Virus record (IMG/VR): IMGVR_UViG_3300002835_000013
Strand: one strand, 5' to 3'
DNA from: a virus
DNA: 64,000 bases
In this document: piece after piece, positions 10,501 through 19,971 of the stretch
Position numbering within the stretch: position 1 is the stretch's first letter
Layout: each line of letters begins with the position of its first letter
The notes under the pieces: generated by a model
The model's input: only the letters and a program-made list of their open reading frames with translations
Databases searched by the model: none
Told to the model about the DNA's origin: nothing
Position numbers and translations under genes: made by a program

Positions 10501-11327
10501 TAGAAAACCCTTCTAATGTAAGATGGCTTATTGGACATCATTGCTTTTAGTTCGTCCTGAATCTGGACATAATACTCTTTTTTGATGACCTTAATCGATC
10601 GGCGCTCGTCATTCAGTCTTTTTTCGTGTTCGTATTGATACACAATTTCACCTTTAATAACAATTTCAATAGGTTCTCCATTGATAGTATATATTTCGGG
10701 TTGAATTAATTCTCCAGTGAGTGCTAGATTACCACGATCCAGAGATGCGCCGAATGGTTCGCCGTTGTCCAAGTCTGCTAGTAGATCGGGGGATTCGTTA
10801 TCGCTTTTGAAAAATGAGGAGTCGGCCGTTCTATATGTTGTGGACGTCCATGGTTCATAATAGCTGAAAGGAATTTCAGGTGGCATGTTCTCTGTTAGTC
10901 TTTCACCATTGACCACAAATCTTGTTACCGACTCAAATCCTGTTCTGGTATTTCTTCTTATTATTACTTTTTCATAATGATGCGGCGTTATCAAAGCATT
11001 CTCGATAGAACCATATTTCTCTATCACAAACTGATTGAAAGAATTTGGATCTAGTGGCCACTCAAACTGACCATCCATAATGTTATTCGCTAGTAGAATG
11101 AGCCAGAATCCACCAGCGTCGCCGTAGACTTTATGAGCCACAATTTCTGGTGTATCGCCATCCTCAATATCGTAAACAATATATGAGCCAATGTTATTGA
11201 TAACATCTCTAACAACGCCTAGACGATGAAAGATATTGGTGACCTGCTCATACTGTGGTTGGAGTCGTCTATTCTCAATATCATAATTGATTTTAGGAAA
11301 TAGATCGTAAAAACTACTGACTGCCAT
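10500..11327 (-). CDS. gp53: Baseplate wedge subunit gp53
   Basis: YDIEDGDTPE.VA.KVYGD...WLILLANNI.D..FEWP. Confidence 0.9.
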   Translation of the reverse strand: MAVSSFYDLFPKINYDIENRRLQPQYEQVTNIFHRLGVVRDVINNIGSYIVYDIEDGDTPEIVAHKVYGDAGGFWLILLANNIMDGQFEWPLDPNSFNQFVIEKYGSIENALITPHHYEKVIIRRNTRTGFESVTRFVVNGERLTENMPPEIPFSYYEPWTSTTYRTADSSFFKSDNESPDLLADLDNGEPFGASLDRGNLALTGELIQPEIYTINGEPIEIVIKGEIVYQYEHEKRLNDERRSIKVIKKEYYVQIQDELKAMMSNKPSYIRRVF

Positions 11328-11330
11328 TTG

Positions 11331-11831
11331 TTATCCTTTAATAACCCATTCGTCAATTCTTAGTTGAACTGCTTTTTCGTATTCTTCGGGTAATATTTGT
11401 ATAAATCTTGATCTAACATGAGTAAAAAGATATCTATGCACGGCTTCTGGCATAATCTTGTAAATTCTTCCTGTTTGTTCCAGTTCGCTTATCAGTTCTG
11501 CACCAACATCTATTCTGGATATGTCGCTTGTCTCTTTATAATCCTGAATAGACTTGACAAACTGTCTACGCTGACCCACTGGAAGATAGTGCATATTTAC
11601 TCCGAGAAATCCATTACCATACATTTTGATAGGAAATGTCATCGGATATTTGTCATAAATCGTCAGCGTCGCTTTGTGTTTTGGATCATACTTATAAAAA
11701 TACAAATTACCTATTATTGGGCTTGACCCTCTGTTACTATGCAATAGCCGCTTCTGAACCACACCAGACGTTAGATTCATGGCCTTGGTGTTGATCCATT
11801 TCGTCAATTCATCTTGGGTATATTCTGCCAT
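11331..11831 (-). CDS. gp2: DNA end protector gp2
   Basis: G.LYFYKYDPKHK.TL..YD.YP, GFLG.N.HYLP, RYL..HVRS. Confidence 0.9.
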   Translation of the reverse strand: MAEYTQDELTKWINTKAMNLTSGVVQKRLLHSNRGSSPIIGNLYFYKYDPKHKATLTIYDKYPMTFPIKMYGNGFLGVNMHYLPVGQRRQFVKSIQDYKETSDISRIDVGAELISELEQTGRIYKIMPEAVHRYLFTHVRSRFIQILPEEYEKAVQLRIDEWVIKG

Positions 11832-11844
11832 ATTATTATTTATA

Positions 11845-12291
11845 CTACATTTTGAATAAGTCTTCTTCGGTTATAAGTCTAAAAGTCCAGCCTCTATTCT
11901 CACAGAAATCTTCGGCAGCTTTCCATTTTGCTTGATTGATGCCCCAGGTCATGACTTCTGTAATATATCTTTTTGTTCTTCGTGACTGTTTCTTAGGCTC
12001 TTGTGTCTGTCCTCTGGGTTTTACTTCCAGAAGGTAGACTTGCTTATTGCCATTGTTATCCAGTGCTTCAACATAGAAGTCCACAAAGTATCGATGGTGC
12101 CTATTATCTATGGGTGAGACGTATGGTATAACCACTTCTTCGCTAGACCATGAAATAACGTTTTTATTCGTGTCACACCAGTTCATAACTTTCTTTTCCC
12201 AGCCAGACCGATATACGATATTGTTAGCGTCACCCTTATACTTTTCAGGAAATTGTGGTTTGAAAAATCCTTGCTTATACTCAAAAGCCAT
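11845..12291 (-). CDS. gp4: Head completion nuclease gp4
   Basis: KYKGD..NIVYRSGWE, WSSEE..IPY.SP.D...HRYFVDF, EVKP, NQAKW.AA. Confidence 0.93.
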   Translation of the reverse strand: MAFEYKQGFFKPQFPEKYKGDANNIVYRSGWEKKVMNWCDTNKNVISWSSEEVVIPYVSPIDNRHHRYFVDFYVEALDNNGNKQVYLLEVKPRGQTQEPKKQSRRTKRYITEVMTWGINQAKWKAAEDFCENRGWTFRLITEEDLFKM

Positions 12292-12334
12292 TTTATACCT
12301 CACTAAATATATGTAGCATTTTTGGAGTAATACC

Positions 12335-13120
12335 TTGAGATACGATCACGTTTTTCCAGCCGACTTAAATAACAATCCAGAATATGGACAAAAAGTCGTT
12401 TTCTATGCTTTCAAGTCGGAGGTACCTACTTGGATTAGTAGCCCTACCAATCAGCTAGTTCGATCCGTAACAGGAGGCGAGACATTCAACACTAAAAGAG
12501 AGATAGAGGATATCTTTGAAATCTATATTCCTGGTGGTGGTCAAGAAAGTATTATGACATGGGCACAAAATCATGTCTATGACGAGGTCAAGCTATCTCG
12601 TCTAGGAGCAACCGCTGTCGGTCTAGGCGCAGAGACTGGAGCGTCGGGACTAGTTGGTGCAGTTGCTAGATCGGCATTCAGAGGTGTTATCAATCCCGCA
12701 GTCGAGGTTCTCTATAGAAGCACCAATCTAAGAACATTTACCTTCTCTTTCGTGTTTGCACCAGAATCCAGTGCGGACGCCGATCAACTATTTGGAGCAA
12801 CAAATAGTGATAAGAGAGGTCTGCTAAACAGATTTAGATATCATGCTGCACCAGAGATTGCAGGACCTTTTGGTGCATTCTTTAAAAGTCCTTCTGAATG
12901 GGAAATCGAATTTCATTATAGAAAGCCTAACGGTCAGTGGGCAAAGAATGTTAATCTACCATACATCGCTAAGGGTGTTTTAGGTCGTGTCGATGTTGAT
13001 TATAATCCAATGTCAGAGTTTAGCACCTTCGAAGACGGAAGACCTGTAACTGCCAGACTTTCAATGTCGTTCCTAGAAATGGAAATCATCGACAAAAACA
13101 GAATCGAAACGGGATACTAA
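12335..13120 (+). CDS. gp48: Baseplate tail-tube cap gp48
   Basis: NP..EVLY....LRTFTFSF.FAP.S, DG.PV...L.MSF.E.E; CTAAATA late promoter at 12303. Confidence 0.8.
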   Translation: MRYDHVFPADLNNNPEYGQKVVFYAFKSEVPTWISSPTNQLVRSVTGGETFNTKREIEDIFEIYIPGGGQESIMTWAQNHVYDEVKLSRLGATAVGLGAETGASGLVGAVARSAFRGVINPAVEVLYRSTNLRTFTFSFVFAPESSADADQLFGATNSDKRGLLNRFRYHAAPEIAGPFGAFFKSPSEWEIEFHYRKPNGQWAKNVNLPYIAKGVLGRVDVDYNPMSEFSTFEDGRPVTARLSMSFLEMEIIDKNRIETGY

Positions 13121-13779
13121 TGGCTGCTAATATAACAAACGCACCGCTAAGAACTGAAATCAGTTCAATGATGGCTTCATTGGACGACAATTATAGTGTA
13201 GTCAAGGGTTGTAGATTTCTGGTTAGAATAAATCTTTCTGGTCTACTGCCTAGATTGAGTTACTCTAATAAAATAGGCACATTGATTTATGCTTGTGAAG
13301 CCGCACAGTTTCCTGGACGTGGATTTCAGACTGCCGAAGTCAGATACTACGGTCCAAAGCAAATGATGCCTACCAATACGACATATGGCGATGACTTCTC
13401 ATTGACCTTTCTTTGTCGTAGTAAAACACTTGAAAGACAATTCTTTGATGATTGGATGGACATTATTAATCCGCCAAACTCATATCACTTCAAATATCCT
13501 AACGAGTATTTTACAGACATTGATATATTCCAGTATGCTGAATATGGATCATTGGCAAATGCTTTCATCAATAAAGCAGATAACGCCACTGGTATACCGC
13601 CTACATCAAGAGCAAGCAATAGATATGTACCTGAGCCAATATATGCTTGGAAAATGAAAAAGTGTTGGCCTGTTTTAGTTGCTCCTCAGCAAGTATCTTG
13701 GGCAGAGAATGAAGTCCTAAGATTACAGGTTTCATTCGCATTCAAGAACTGGGAAAAACGAGTAGCAGCTAATATATAA
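13120..13779 (+). CDS. gp54: Tail-tube initiator gp54 (gp19 family fold)
   Basis: CEAAQFPGR, ER.FFDDW.D.I, WP..VAP..VSW; follows gp48. Confidence 0.7.
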   Translation: MAANITNAPLRTEISSMMASLDDNYSVVKGCRFLVRINLSGLLPRLSYSNKIGTLIYACEAAQFPGRGFQTAEVRYYGPKQMMPTNTTYGDDFSLTFLCRSKTLERQFFDDWMDIINPPNSYHFKYPNEYFTDIDIFQYAEYGSLANAFINKADNATGIPPTSRASNRYVPEPIYAWKMKKCWPVLVAPQQVSWAENEVLRLQVSFAFKNWEKRVAANI

Positions 13780-13807
13780 AAATTTTTAGATAAATTGGAG
13801 TTGTATT

Positions 13808-14533
13808 ATGACATTACCTAAGATTGAGGTGCCTACTTACGAATTGACGATGCCTATTAGTGGTGAAACGCTGACAGTCAGACCGTTCAATGTAAGAGAA
13901 GAAAAGCTATTACTGATTGCTTTAGAGTCAAAAGATCAAAATGAAATCGTAAATACAGTCAAGCAGGTCGTGAATAACTGTATCGTTACTGGTAAGTTTG
14001 ATGTAAATAAGTCGCCGTTCTTCGAGGTAGACTTTCTGTTCATCTTCCTAAGAGCAAAGAGCATCGGTGAAAAAGTAGCGGTAAAATTAACCTGTAATAA
14101 TGTGATTGAGGAAGATAAAGTATGTGGCAACATATTCTCTGCCGAGATGGACGTTTCAAACTGTGAACTAGTAAATGATAATCCTGTGCCTAACGACATA
14201 CCTCTAGGTGGTGGCAAGGGCGTCAAAATGAAATATCCTGGTTATGGCTCTATGAAGAAGATAGACGGCGGCCTTGATATCGATAGAACAGTAAATATCG
14301 TTGTCAATAGTATAGATTACATTTACGACAAAGATGGTGTTTACTCGGCAAAAGATTATAGCAAGGAAGAACTAAACGACTTTGTAATGGGTCTGACCGA
14401 AGAGAACTTTAGAAAGCTGGAAGAATATATCGAAAACTTTCCATCTTTCGTGGTCAACATAGAAGCGAAATGTAACAAGTGTGGATTCGATCATAAAGTG
14501 AGGTACAAGAATTTCGCTGATTTTTTTCTCTGA
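13808..14533 (+). CDS. gp26: Baseplate hub assembly protein gp26
   Basis: LPKI.VPTYEL..P.SG....RPF.V.EEK.LL.A.E, FLRAKSIGE, ends DFF. Confidence 0.9.
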   Translation: MTLPKIEVPTYELTMPISGETLTVRPFNVREEKLLLIALESKDQNEIVNTVKQVVNNCIVTGKFDVNKSPFFEVDFLFIFLRAKSIGEKVAVKLTCNNVIEEDKVCGNIFSAEMDVSNCELVNDNPVPNDIPLGGGKGVKMKYPGYGSMKKIDGGLDIDRTVNIVVNSIDYIYDKDGVYSAKDYSKEELNDFVMGLTEENFRKLEEYIENFPSFVVNIEAKCNKCGFDHKVRYKNFADFFL

Positions 14534-14535
14534 TA

Positions 14536-14754
14536 ATGTCCTATGAGGGTCTCTCGGGACATTTCAAGAATAACTTTAGTTTACTACATCATCATAAGTG
14601 GCCTTTGTCGGATGTTGAGAATATGGTACCATGGGAGCGACAAATCTATATTGAAATGTTGGCTCTGTTCCTGAAAGAGCAAGAGCAAAAGATGAAAGAC
14701 CTAGAGAATGAGCAAAGGGCACAACTACAACAAATGCTAAGAAAAAAGATGTAA
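14536..14754 (+). CDS. gp51: Baseplate hub assembly catalyst gp51
   Basis: NF.L..HHKW.LS.VENM.PWER.IY. Confidence 0.88.
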   Translation: MSYEGLSGHFKNNFSLLHHHKWPLSDVENMVPWERQIYIEMLALFLKEQEQKMKDLENEQRAQLQQMLRKKM

Positions 14755-17700
14755 ATGGCAAAGAAATCAAACTACTCAAAACTCGCCGAATTTAGATCCG
14801 AAGAAAGGGATAGACTAGTTAGGTCTAATCCTAATCTATTACAAGGTCTCACGCCTACACAGATAGCAGAACTCTTTCCTGATTATTTTAGAAGAGGAAC
14901 ACCAGATGTTGGCGGATTTAGAGAGGCTATCTCTAAAGAGTCAGCTAGAAAACAAAGTCTATGGCAAGGTAGCGTTGATACTCGTTTAGATCGTCAAGGT
15001 GGTATGCTATCGAGAATGCGCCAAGAATATGGCGGCGGTTCTTTCACTGATAGTTCTGTAGGAACAGGTAGTAAGCAGTTTCAAGCCTTAGCTCCTAGAA
15101 TTATGAAAGACTTGCAAAGAGATTTTCCAGGTTTAACAAAAGAAGACGCTGCTGCAATTGTTGGTAATCTTGGCGAAGAGTCTGGTGGATTCGGACAAAT
15201 GTCAGAAGCAGGCGGTCGAGGACCTGGTCGTGGATGGGCTCAATGGACAAGTCCAGATAGAAAAGCCAAATTCTTAGCAAACGTTCAGAAGTATGGCGGC
15301 GATTTAGCAAACTATCAAGCAAACTATGAAACACTAAGAGATGAGTTGAAAGGCGCATACGCTCCTGCACTTAGAGAGATGATGGCCGCACAAGGTTTGC
15401 AAAACAAAACTCATGTGTTTATGAGACGATTTGAAAATCCTGGTGTTGAAGCATTTGATGTTAGAATGCGTTATGCACAAAGAGCGGTAAATGTTTATGA
15501 AGCACCAGATACTACACCACAGCAAGGAAAAGGTGGAGCGACTACACCCCAACAGCAAGCAGGACAAGCAGGAACAGGAGCCACGACTCCTAGCGCACCT
15601 GCAGGTGATACGACAAAACAAGCAGGACAAAGAACAGAAGGTGCTAAGTTTAGTGTAGTATCTAACTACATTGTACCTAACGATAAATCGCTATACGACA
15701 CAAGAAACGCACAGCAATGTGCCACACTGTCAAAAGCGTTTAATCCTAATATTGGTAGATCGAACAGCTGGACGGTTGTTGATGGTGATATTAAAGCGGG
15801 TCAGATTGTAGCAACAAAACAATATAACAATCCAGGCGCAGATAGAGTTCACTCTGGTTATCATACAGGTGTCGCACTAACAGCACCAAATGAAAAAGGT
15901 GACTTTCTATTACTAGAACAATTCAATGGTTCTGGCGGTGCTAGAACGAAGTGGGTTAACAAGAATAGTTATCCAATCGGTAATACTGGTAAGACAACAT
16001 CATTTGGTCTAATCTCTTCTGGTGGTAAAGTTCATGACGAAGTTTCACAAGAAGCACTAGCATATGGTCAAGGACTCGGATCACCTGCACAAAAATCTGC
16101 GGTTGGTACCAACTCTGGAACACCAGGCACTGGCGGTGAATCTGCTCCTGGCGTCGAAGGTAATGTAGATTACGCTGGTGAACCTGGTAATATCGGCGGT
16201 GCATCTATGGGTGAGGCAGAACAACAATCCGCTTCACTAATGCAACCTGTAGCAATGATGCGAAATCTCATGGGTATGATGGGAGGAATGATGGGTGGCG
16301 GAACAGCATCTCCACTCGGCCTCATTACAACAGCAATGGGATTTATCATGCCACTGATAGGTTCTATCGCCGGTGAAAGATTATCTGGTGAAGGTATGGG
16401 TGACGCTGGACCAAGAGCATTACCAAGAATAAACATAAATCGTACCTCAGGTGGTAGAGGTGGTCATCGAGCAGCGTCACACACTCATGGACATACACAG
16501 ACAAGAGCAAGAAAAGCTGATACTTATTCTCCTAGTGTATCATCGTCAGGTCTAAATCAAAAAAGTAACTTGGCGAATTATACAAGTATTCATGCTGCTC
16601 CTGCTATTGGCGCATCTCAACAACAATATAATGCTTTTAGAGAAGCTGTAGCAAGTATTGAAAGTCGTGGTGGTAACTATAATCTTCGTGGTGGTTCAAG
16701 CAATCGTTTTGCTGGTGCATATCAAATGGGCGGCGGCGAGATTAAAGAGATTGCTAAGTTTCTAGGAGAGCAAGCACCAGTCGCAAGAATGAAAGGATCA
16801 AGAAAGATTGCGGCGTCTGACGAGTTTTTGCAAAATCCACAAATGCAAGAAAAGTATTTTGATGCATACGTGTTACAACATCATAATCACTTAATGAAGA
16901 ATAATAAAAAGTATGCTGCCATGTCTCCAGAAGACAGACTTAAAGTCCTTGGTTATGCTCACAATCAAGGAGCAGGTGGCGCTAATAAGTGGTTAAGAAC
17001 AGGTGCATCAAAAGCAGATGCATTTGGAACAGATGCAACGAAATACTCTTACAGAATCGGCAAGCAGTTTGAAGGATTACAAGTAGCACAAGCTGCCGAG
17101 AAGCAAGGAACACAATTAGCATCGACAACGCCTGCATCCTCAACAGGTCAAGTAGGACCAACACCTGCAACTCCGTCATCAACTATTGGTCCAACTACAC
17201 AGATGGCTCAAGCGCCAAAAACATTTATGGAAAGAATGTTTCCTTCTACGGGGGCTGCTGAAATCAATGCGACAACACCAAAATCAGAAGTTAGAACATC
17301 ACCAGCTTTTGCTGCACCCACTGTTCCTGTTTCTAGAGAAGCCAGAACTCCTCTTGGCATATATTCTAATCCTTCAAGATATGATGTTATGTCACAGTTT
17401 GGATATAGAAAACAACTAGACACAGCTTCGGTTATATCGCAATCTTCGTCTCCTGCGGTACCTGCTGCATCGACACCACAACAGACTACTGTGACAGCGA
17501 TGCCTCATGTTCATAATACACCAGGACCTGCTCCTGATATGACCAGTATGCAAATGAACCAGATTAGAAATCAAATGCAAATGATGACGCCTCAGGCGCC
17601 GCCACAAAATGTTATGCCAACAATACAAAATCCATCACCAGTGACACAGGTTCTAAATCACGATCATACAATGAATATGATACAGAATCCTGCGGATACA

Positions 17701-17793
17701 CCATCTGCTTATCGTGCATTTGCTAGAGCATATGGAAATGAAACGCCAGGAACATTTGGCGAAGGACACTTCAACTACGGTAATGCCAGATAA
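14755..17793 (+). CDS. Tail-associated multi-domain peptidoglycan hydrolase (tape-measure position)
   Basis: Phage tail lysozyme motif AAAIVGNL..ESGG...G.AQWT; Cys/His amidase-like QCA...HTGV; lysozyme/SLT-like IESRGGNYN...GAYQ; low-complexity linkers. Confidence 0.75.
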   Translation: MAKKSNYSKLAEFRSEERDRLVRSNPNLLQGLTPTQIAELFPDYFRRGTPDVGGFREAISKESARKQSLWQGSVDTRLDRQGGMLSRMRQEYGGGSFTDSSVGTGSKQFQALAPRIMKDLQRDFPGLTKEDAAAIVGNLGEESGGFGQMSEAGGRGPGRGWAQWTSPDRKAKFLANVQKYGGDLANYQANYETLRDELKGAYAPALREMMAAQGLQNKTHVFMRRFENPGVEAFDVRMRYAQRAVNVYEAPDTTPQQGKGGATTPQQQAGQAGTGATTPSAPAGDTTKQAGQRTEGAKFSVVSNYIVPNDKSLYDTRNAQQCATLSKAFNPNIGRSNSWTVVDGDIKAGQIVATKQYNNPGADRVHSGYHTGVALTAPNEKGDFLLLEQFNGSGGARTKWVNKNSYPIGNTGKTTSFGLISSGGKVHDEVSQEALAYGQGLGSPAQKSAVGTNSGTPGTGGESAPGVEGNVDYAGEPGNIGGASMGEAEQQSASLMQPVAMMRNLMGMMGGMMGGGTASPLGLITTAMGFIMPLIGSIAGERLSGEGMGDAGPRALPRININRTSGGRGGHRAASHTHGHTQTRARKADTYSPSVSSSGLNQKSNLANYTSIHAAPAIGASQQQYNAFREAVASIESRGGNYNLRGGSSNRFAGAYQMGGGEIKEIAKFLGEQAPVARMKGSRKIAASDEFLQNPQMQEKYFDAYVLQHHNHLMKNNKKYAAMSPEDRLKVLGYAHNQGAGGANKWLRTGASKADAFGTDATKYSYRIGKQFEGLQVAQAAEKQGTQLASTTPASSTGQVGPTPATPSSTIGPTTQMAQAPKTFMERMFPSTGAAEINATTPKSEVRTSPAFAAPTVPVSREARTPLGIYSNPSRYDVMSQFGYRKQLDTASVISQSSSPAVPAASTPQQTTVTAMPHVHNTPGPAPDMTSMQMNQIRNQMQMMTPQAPPQNVMPTIQNPSPVTQVLNHDHTMNMIQNPADTPSAYRAFARAYGNETPGTFGEGHFNYGNAR

Positions 17794-17799
17794 AAGAAA

Positions 17800-17819
17800 G
17801 GGGAGCATTTCTGCTCCCC
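17800..17819 (-). terminator. Intrinsic terminator between the convergent tail lysin and gp32
   Basis: GGGGAGCA-TTTC-TGCTCCCC hairpin followed by TTTCTTTT on the minus strand. Confidence 0.8.
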
Positions 17820-17826
17820 AATCTTC

Positions 17827-18795
17827 TTAGTCGTTTAGTAGATCACGAAATTCCTTTAGATCAGGATCATCGTCATCTTCGTCCTCAATCACAGGTGCCG
17901 CTGCCTTGCGAGCAACTGGCTTAGGATCATGGAAGGGAATATCCTCATCCTCATCAACAACCTTTGCTGCCTTGACCTTAGCGAGATTTCTCTCAAGGAC
18001 TTCATCGGTATATGTTGACTTGCCAGGTGTCAGACCTAGAACATCATTTAGACGAGCCTTTAGCTGGTCATATGTCTTGAAGTTCTTTGGATCGATAATC
18101 TCCTTGAGGGAGTATTCTGTCTTCCAAATCTGTTCAAGTTCACCATCATCCTCGGATAGAGGACCTGGAGTTAGGAACACCGATTCGTCATAGTTAGGAA
18201 AACCAGACTGACGGACCATCTTCAACTTGAAGTTAGCACCTTCCCAAAGATCGAATGGATTGATCTTCTTTTCTGAATCAAGGTCTGGATTCATCATCTT
18301 TGTAATCTTATCAAAGATTTTCTTACCATACTTGAATAGAAAGACCTTGCCTTCATTCTGAGGATTCTTAGGATCACTCACCACATAGATGTTAGAAACA
18401 TAGTGGAGGCGACGCTTCTGCTCACGGGCCTGCTTACGCTCTGGTGAGTTATCATCGGTCGAAGCATTCCATAGAGTAGAATTGTATTCAGAAACAGGAT
18501 CCTTGACGCCCTGACCAAGAGTGGTCAGTGACTTCTCAATATACCACTTACCGGTGAACTTGTTTTGAAAACCGTGATCCCAATACTGAACCCATGGAAG
18601 AGCATCATCGCCATCCGCTGCAGGACCAGGAAGAAAACGAATAACCGCAAGAGCATTGCCAGCCTTATCTTGTGTAGGCTTCCAATAGTTGTCTGTGGAA
18701 TCGTCTTTATCGTAGGTGGGCTTATTCATCTCGTCAACCTTCTTGAGAAGGCTGGAGAAGTCTTTGGATTGTTTCTTAAGGTTTGAAAAGTTCAT
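17827..18795 (-). CDS. gp32: Single-stranded DNA-binding protein gp32
   Basis: DKAGN..AVIRFLP, WYIE.SLTTLG..DPVSE.N, YGKKIFDKI, GANFKLK, acidic tail. Confidence 0.97.
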   Translation of the reverse strand: MNFSNLKKQSKDFSSLLKKVDEMNKPTYDKDDSTDNYWKPTQDKAGNALAVIRFLPGPAADGDDALPWVQYWDHGFQNKFTGKWYIEKSLTTLGQGVKDPVSEYNSTLWNASTDDNSPERKQAREQKRRLHYVSNIYVVSDPKNPQNEGKVFLFKYGKKIFDKITKMMNPDLDSEKKINPFDLWEGANFKLKMVRQSGFPNYDESVFLTPGPLSEDDGELEQIWKTEYSLKEIIDPKNFKTYDQLKARLNDVLGLTPGKSTYTDEVLERNLAKVKAAKVVDEDEDIPFHDPKPVARKAAAPVIEDEDDDDPDLKEFRDLLND

Positions 18796-18895
18796 TGTAT
18801 TTTCCTTGTATTTGCGTTGTATGTTTTCTTATCCACATCATCATAATAAAAATAGATAATAACACAAGAATCTCCTTGTGTCAAATGTTATTTAG

Positions 18896-19207
18896 TCACC
18901 AATCAATGGCAGGATCATGTAGATCCTCCCATTCCCATTTACCAATGAAGTCTCGTTTTGTCTGCTCAACTGCGGAGCATTCAAAGCGAATCTCTTGCCA
19001 CGTCTTATCTCCCCATACACGACGAGGATTACCACACCAAATGCAACCAGATACACCACAGTCCATTGCATCCATTTTATGAAAGCGATGTGGCTGAATA
19101 GTATCTCCATACTTATTGAACCAGTATGATGACTTTTTCACCTTGACTTGTCTATCGATGTGTCGCTTCTTTTGTTGGAATCTTCTCTGTCTTCTTTCTT
19201 TATTCAA
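18896..19207 (-). CDS. Basic hypothetical protein with CxxxxCxxC motif
   Basis: MDCGVSGCIWCGNPRR; TTG start inferred from overlap with the upstream stop. Confidence 0.55.
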   Translation of the reverse strand: MNKERRQRRFQQKKRHIDRQVKVKKSSYWFNKYGDTIQPHRFHKMDAMDCGVSGCIWCGNPRRVWGDKTWQEIRFECSAVEQTKRDFIGKWEWEDLHDPAIDW

Positions 19208-19382
19208 GAATAATCTCCAAATAGTGTTCCACTTCTTCATTTGGTAGATAACTAGTCTTTGTTTCCGTCTCATAGATTTCAATCTGCGAGACATGAGAAC
19301 CGTCATACTTATAGAACACTTCGTATCTTCCGTCAACCCACCCTTTCAATATGTCGGATGCGTTCCCTTCTAGTGTCTTCAT
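19200..19382 (-). CDS. Small hypothetical protein
   Basis: Fills the gap between gp59 and the next ORF; start uncertain. Confidence 0.4.
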   Translation of the reverse strand: MKTLEGNASDILKGWVDGRYEVFYKYDGSHVSQIEIYETETKTSYLPNEEVEHYLEIILE

Positions 19383-19971
19383 TGACCTTCTCCTTCAGTA
19401 TGGCTTTGAACTTCTCGGCATCATACTTTATGAACGGTCTAAACTTGCGGAGTTTCAAAGCAACTCTTGACCAGATGATATCATCATCGCCAAGGTATTT
19501 ATCAAACTTTGAAGCGTAAGGAACAAAGTCGTTTAGAATTGCCGCAGACTCCAGAGCAATAGACTTCCGCAGAATAAGAGTAACAATGAAAGGATACTCA
19601 CCATCGACAACATCAAAAGCATATTTACAACCATGCTCAAATACTTTGTCCACATCGTTTCTAAAAATGTATGAGAGGGATTGTCTTCTCTTTTCTGCCT
19701 CCCAGAATGTTCCATGCGCTTCTTCTCCTATCATCTCGGTAATGTAATGACGGTCCTCTAGCAGATTAGCAACGAAGAAGTTTTTGAGTTCCTCGGCATT
19801 GTATAGTTTCGCTACCTTCTCAAAGAAAGCCTTATCGTTGCGTTTTAGATATGACTCTTTCGTAGCACGGAGTTTACCGTTCATTAGAAAGAAGTCATAC
19901 TTGACCTTGGTGAAATGAGTTCGCAAGGCCAAGAATAACAGATATGCTCCATAACCAGAGAAGTGTTTCAT
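19333..19971 (-). CDS. gp59: Helicase loader gp59
   Basis: Y..FLAL.THFT...YDFF..NGK......Y.KRND..FFEK. Confidence 0.9.
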   Translation of the reverse strand: MKHFSGYGAYLLFLALRTHFTKVKYDFFLMNGKLRATKESYLKRNDKAFFEKVAKLYNAEELKNFFVANLLEDRHYITEMIGEEAHGTFWEAEKRRQSLSYIFRNDVDKVFEHGCKYAFDVVDGEYPFIVTLILRKSIALESAAILNDFVPYASKFDKYLGDDDIIWSRVALKLRKFRPFIKYDAEKFKAILKEKVNEDTRRERIRHIERVG

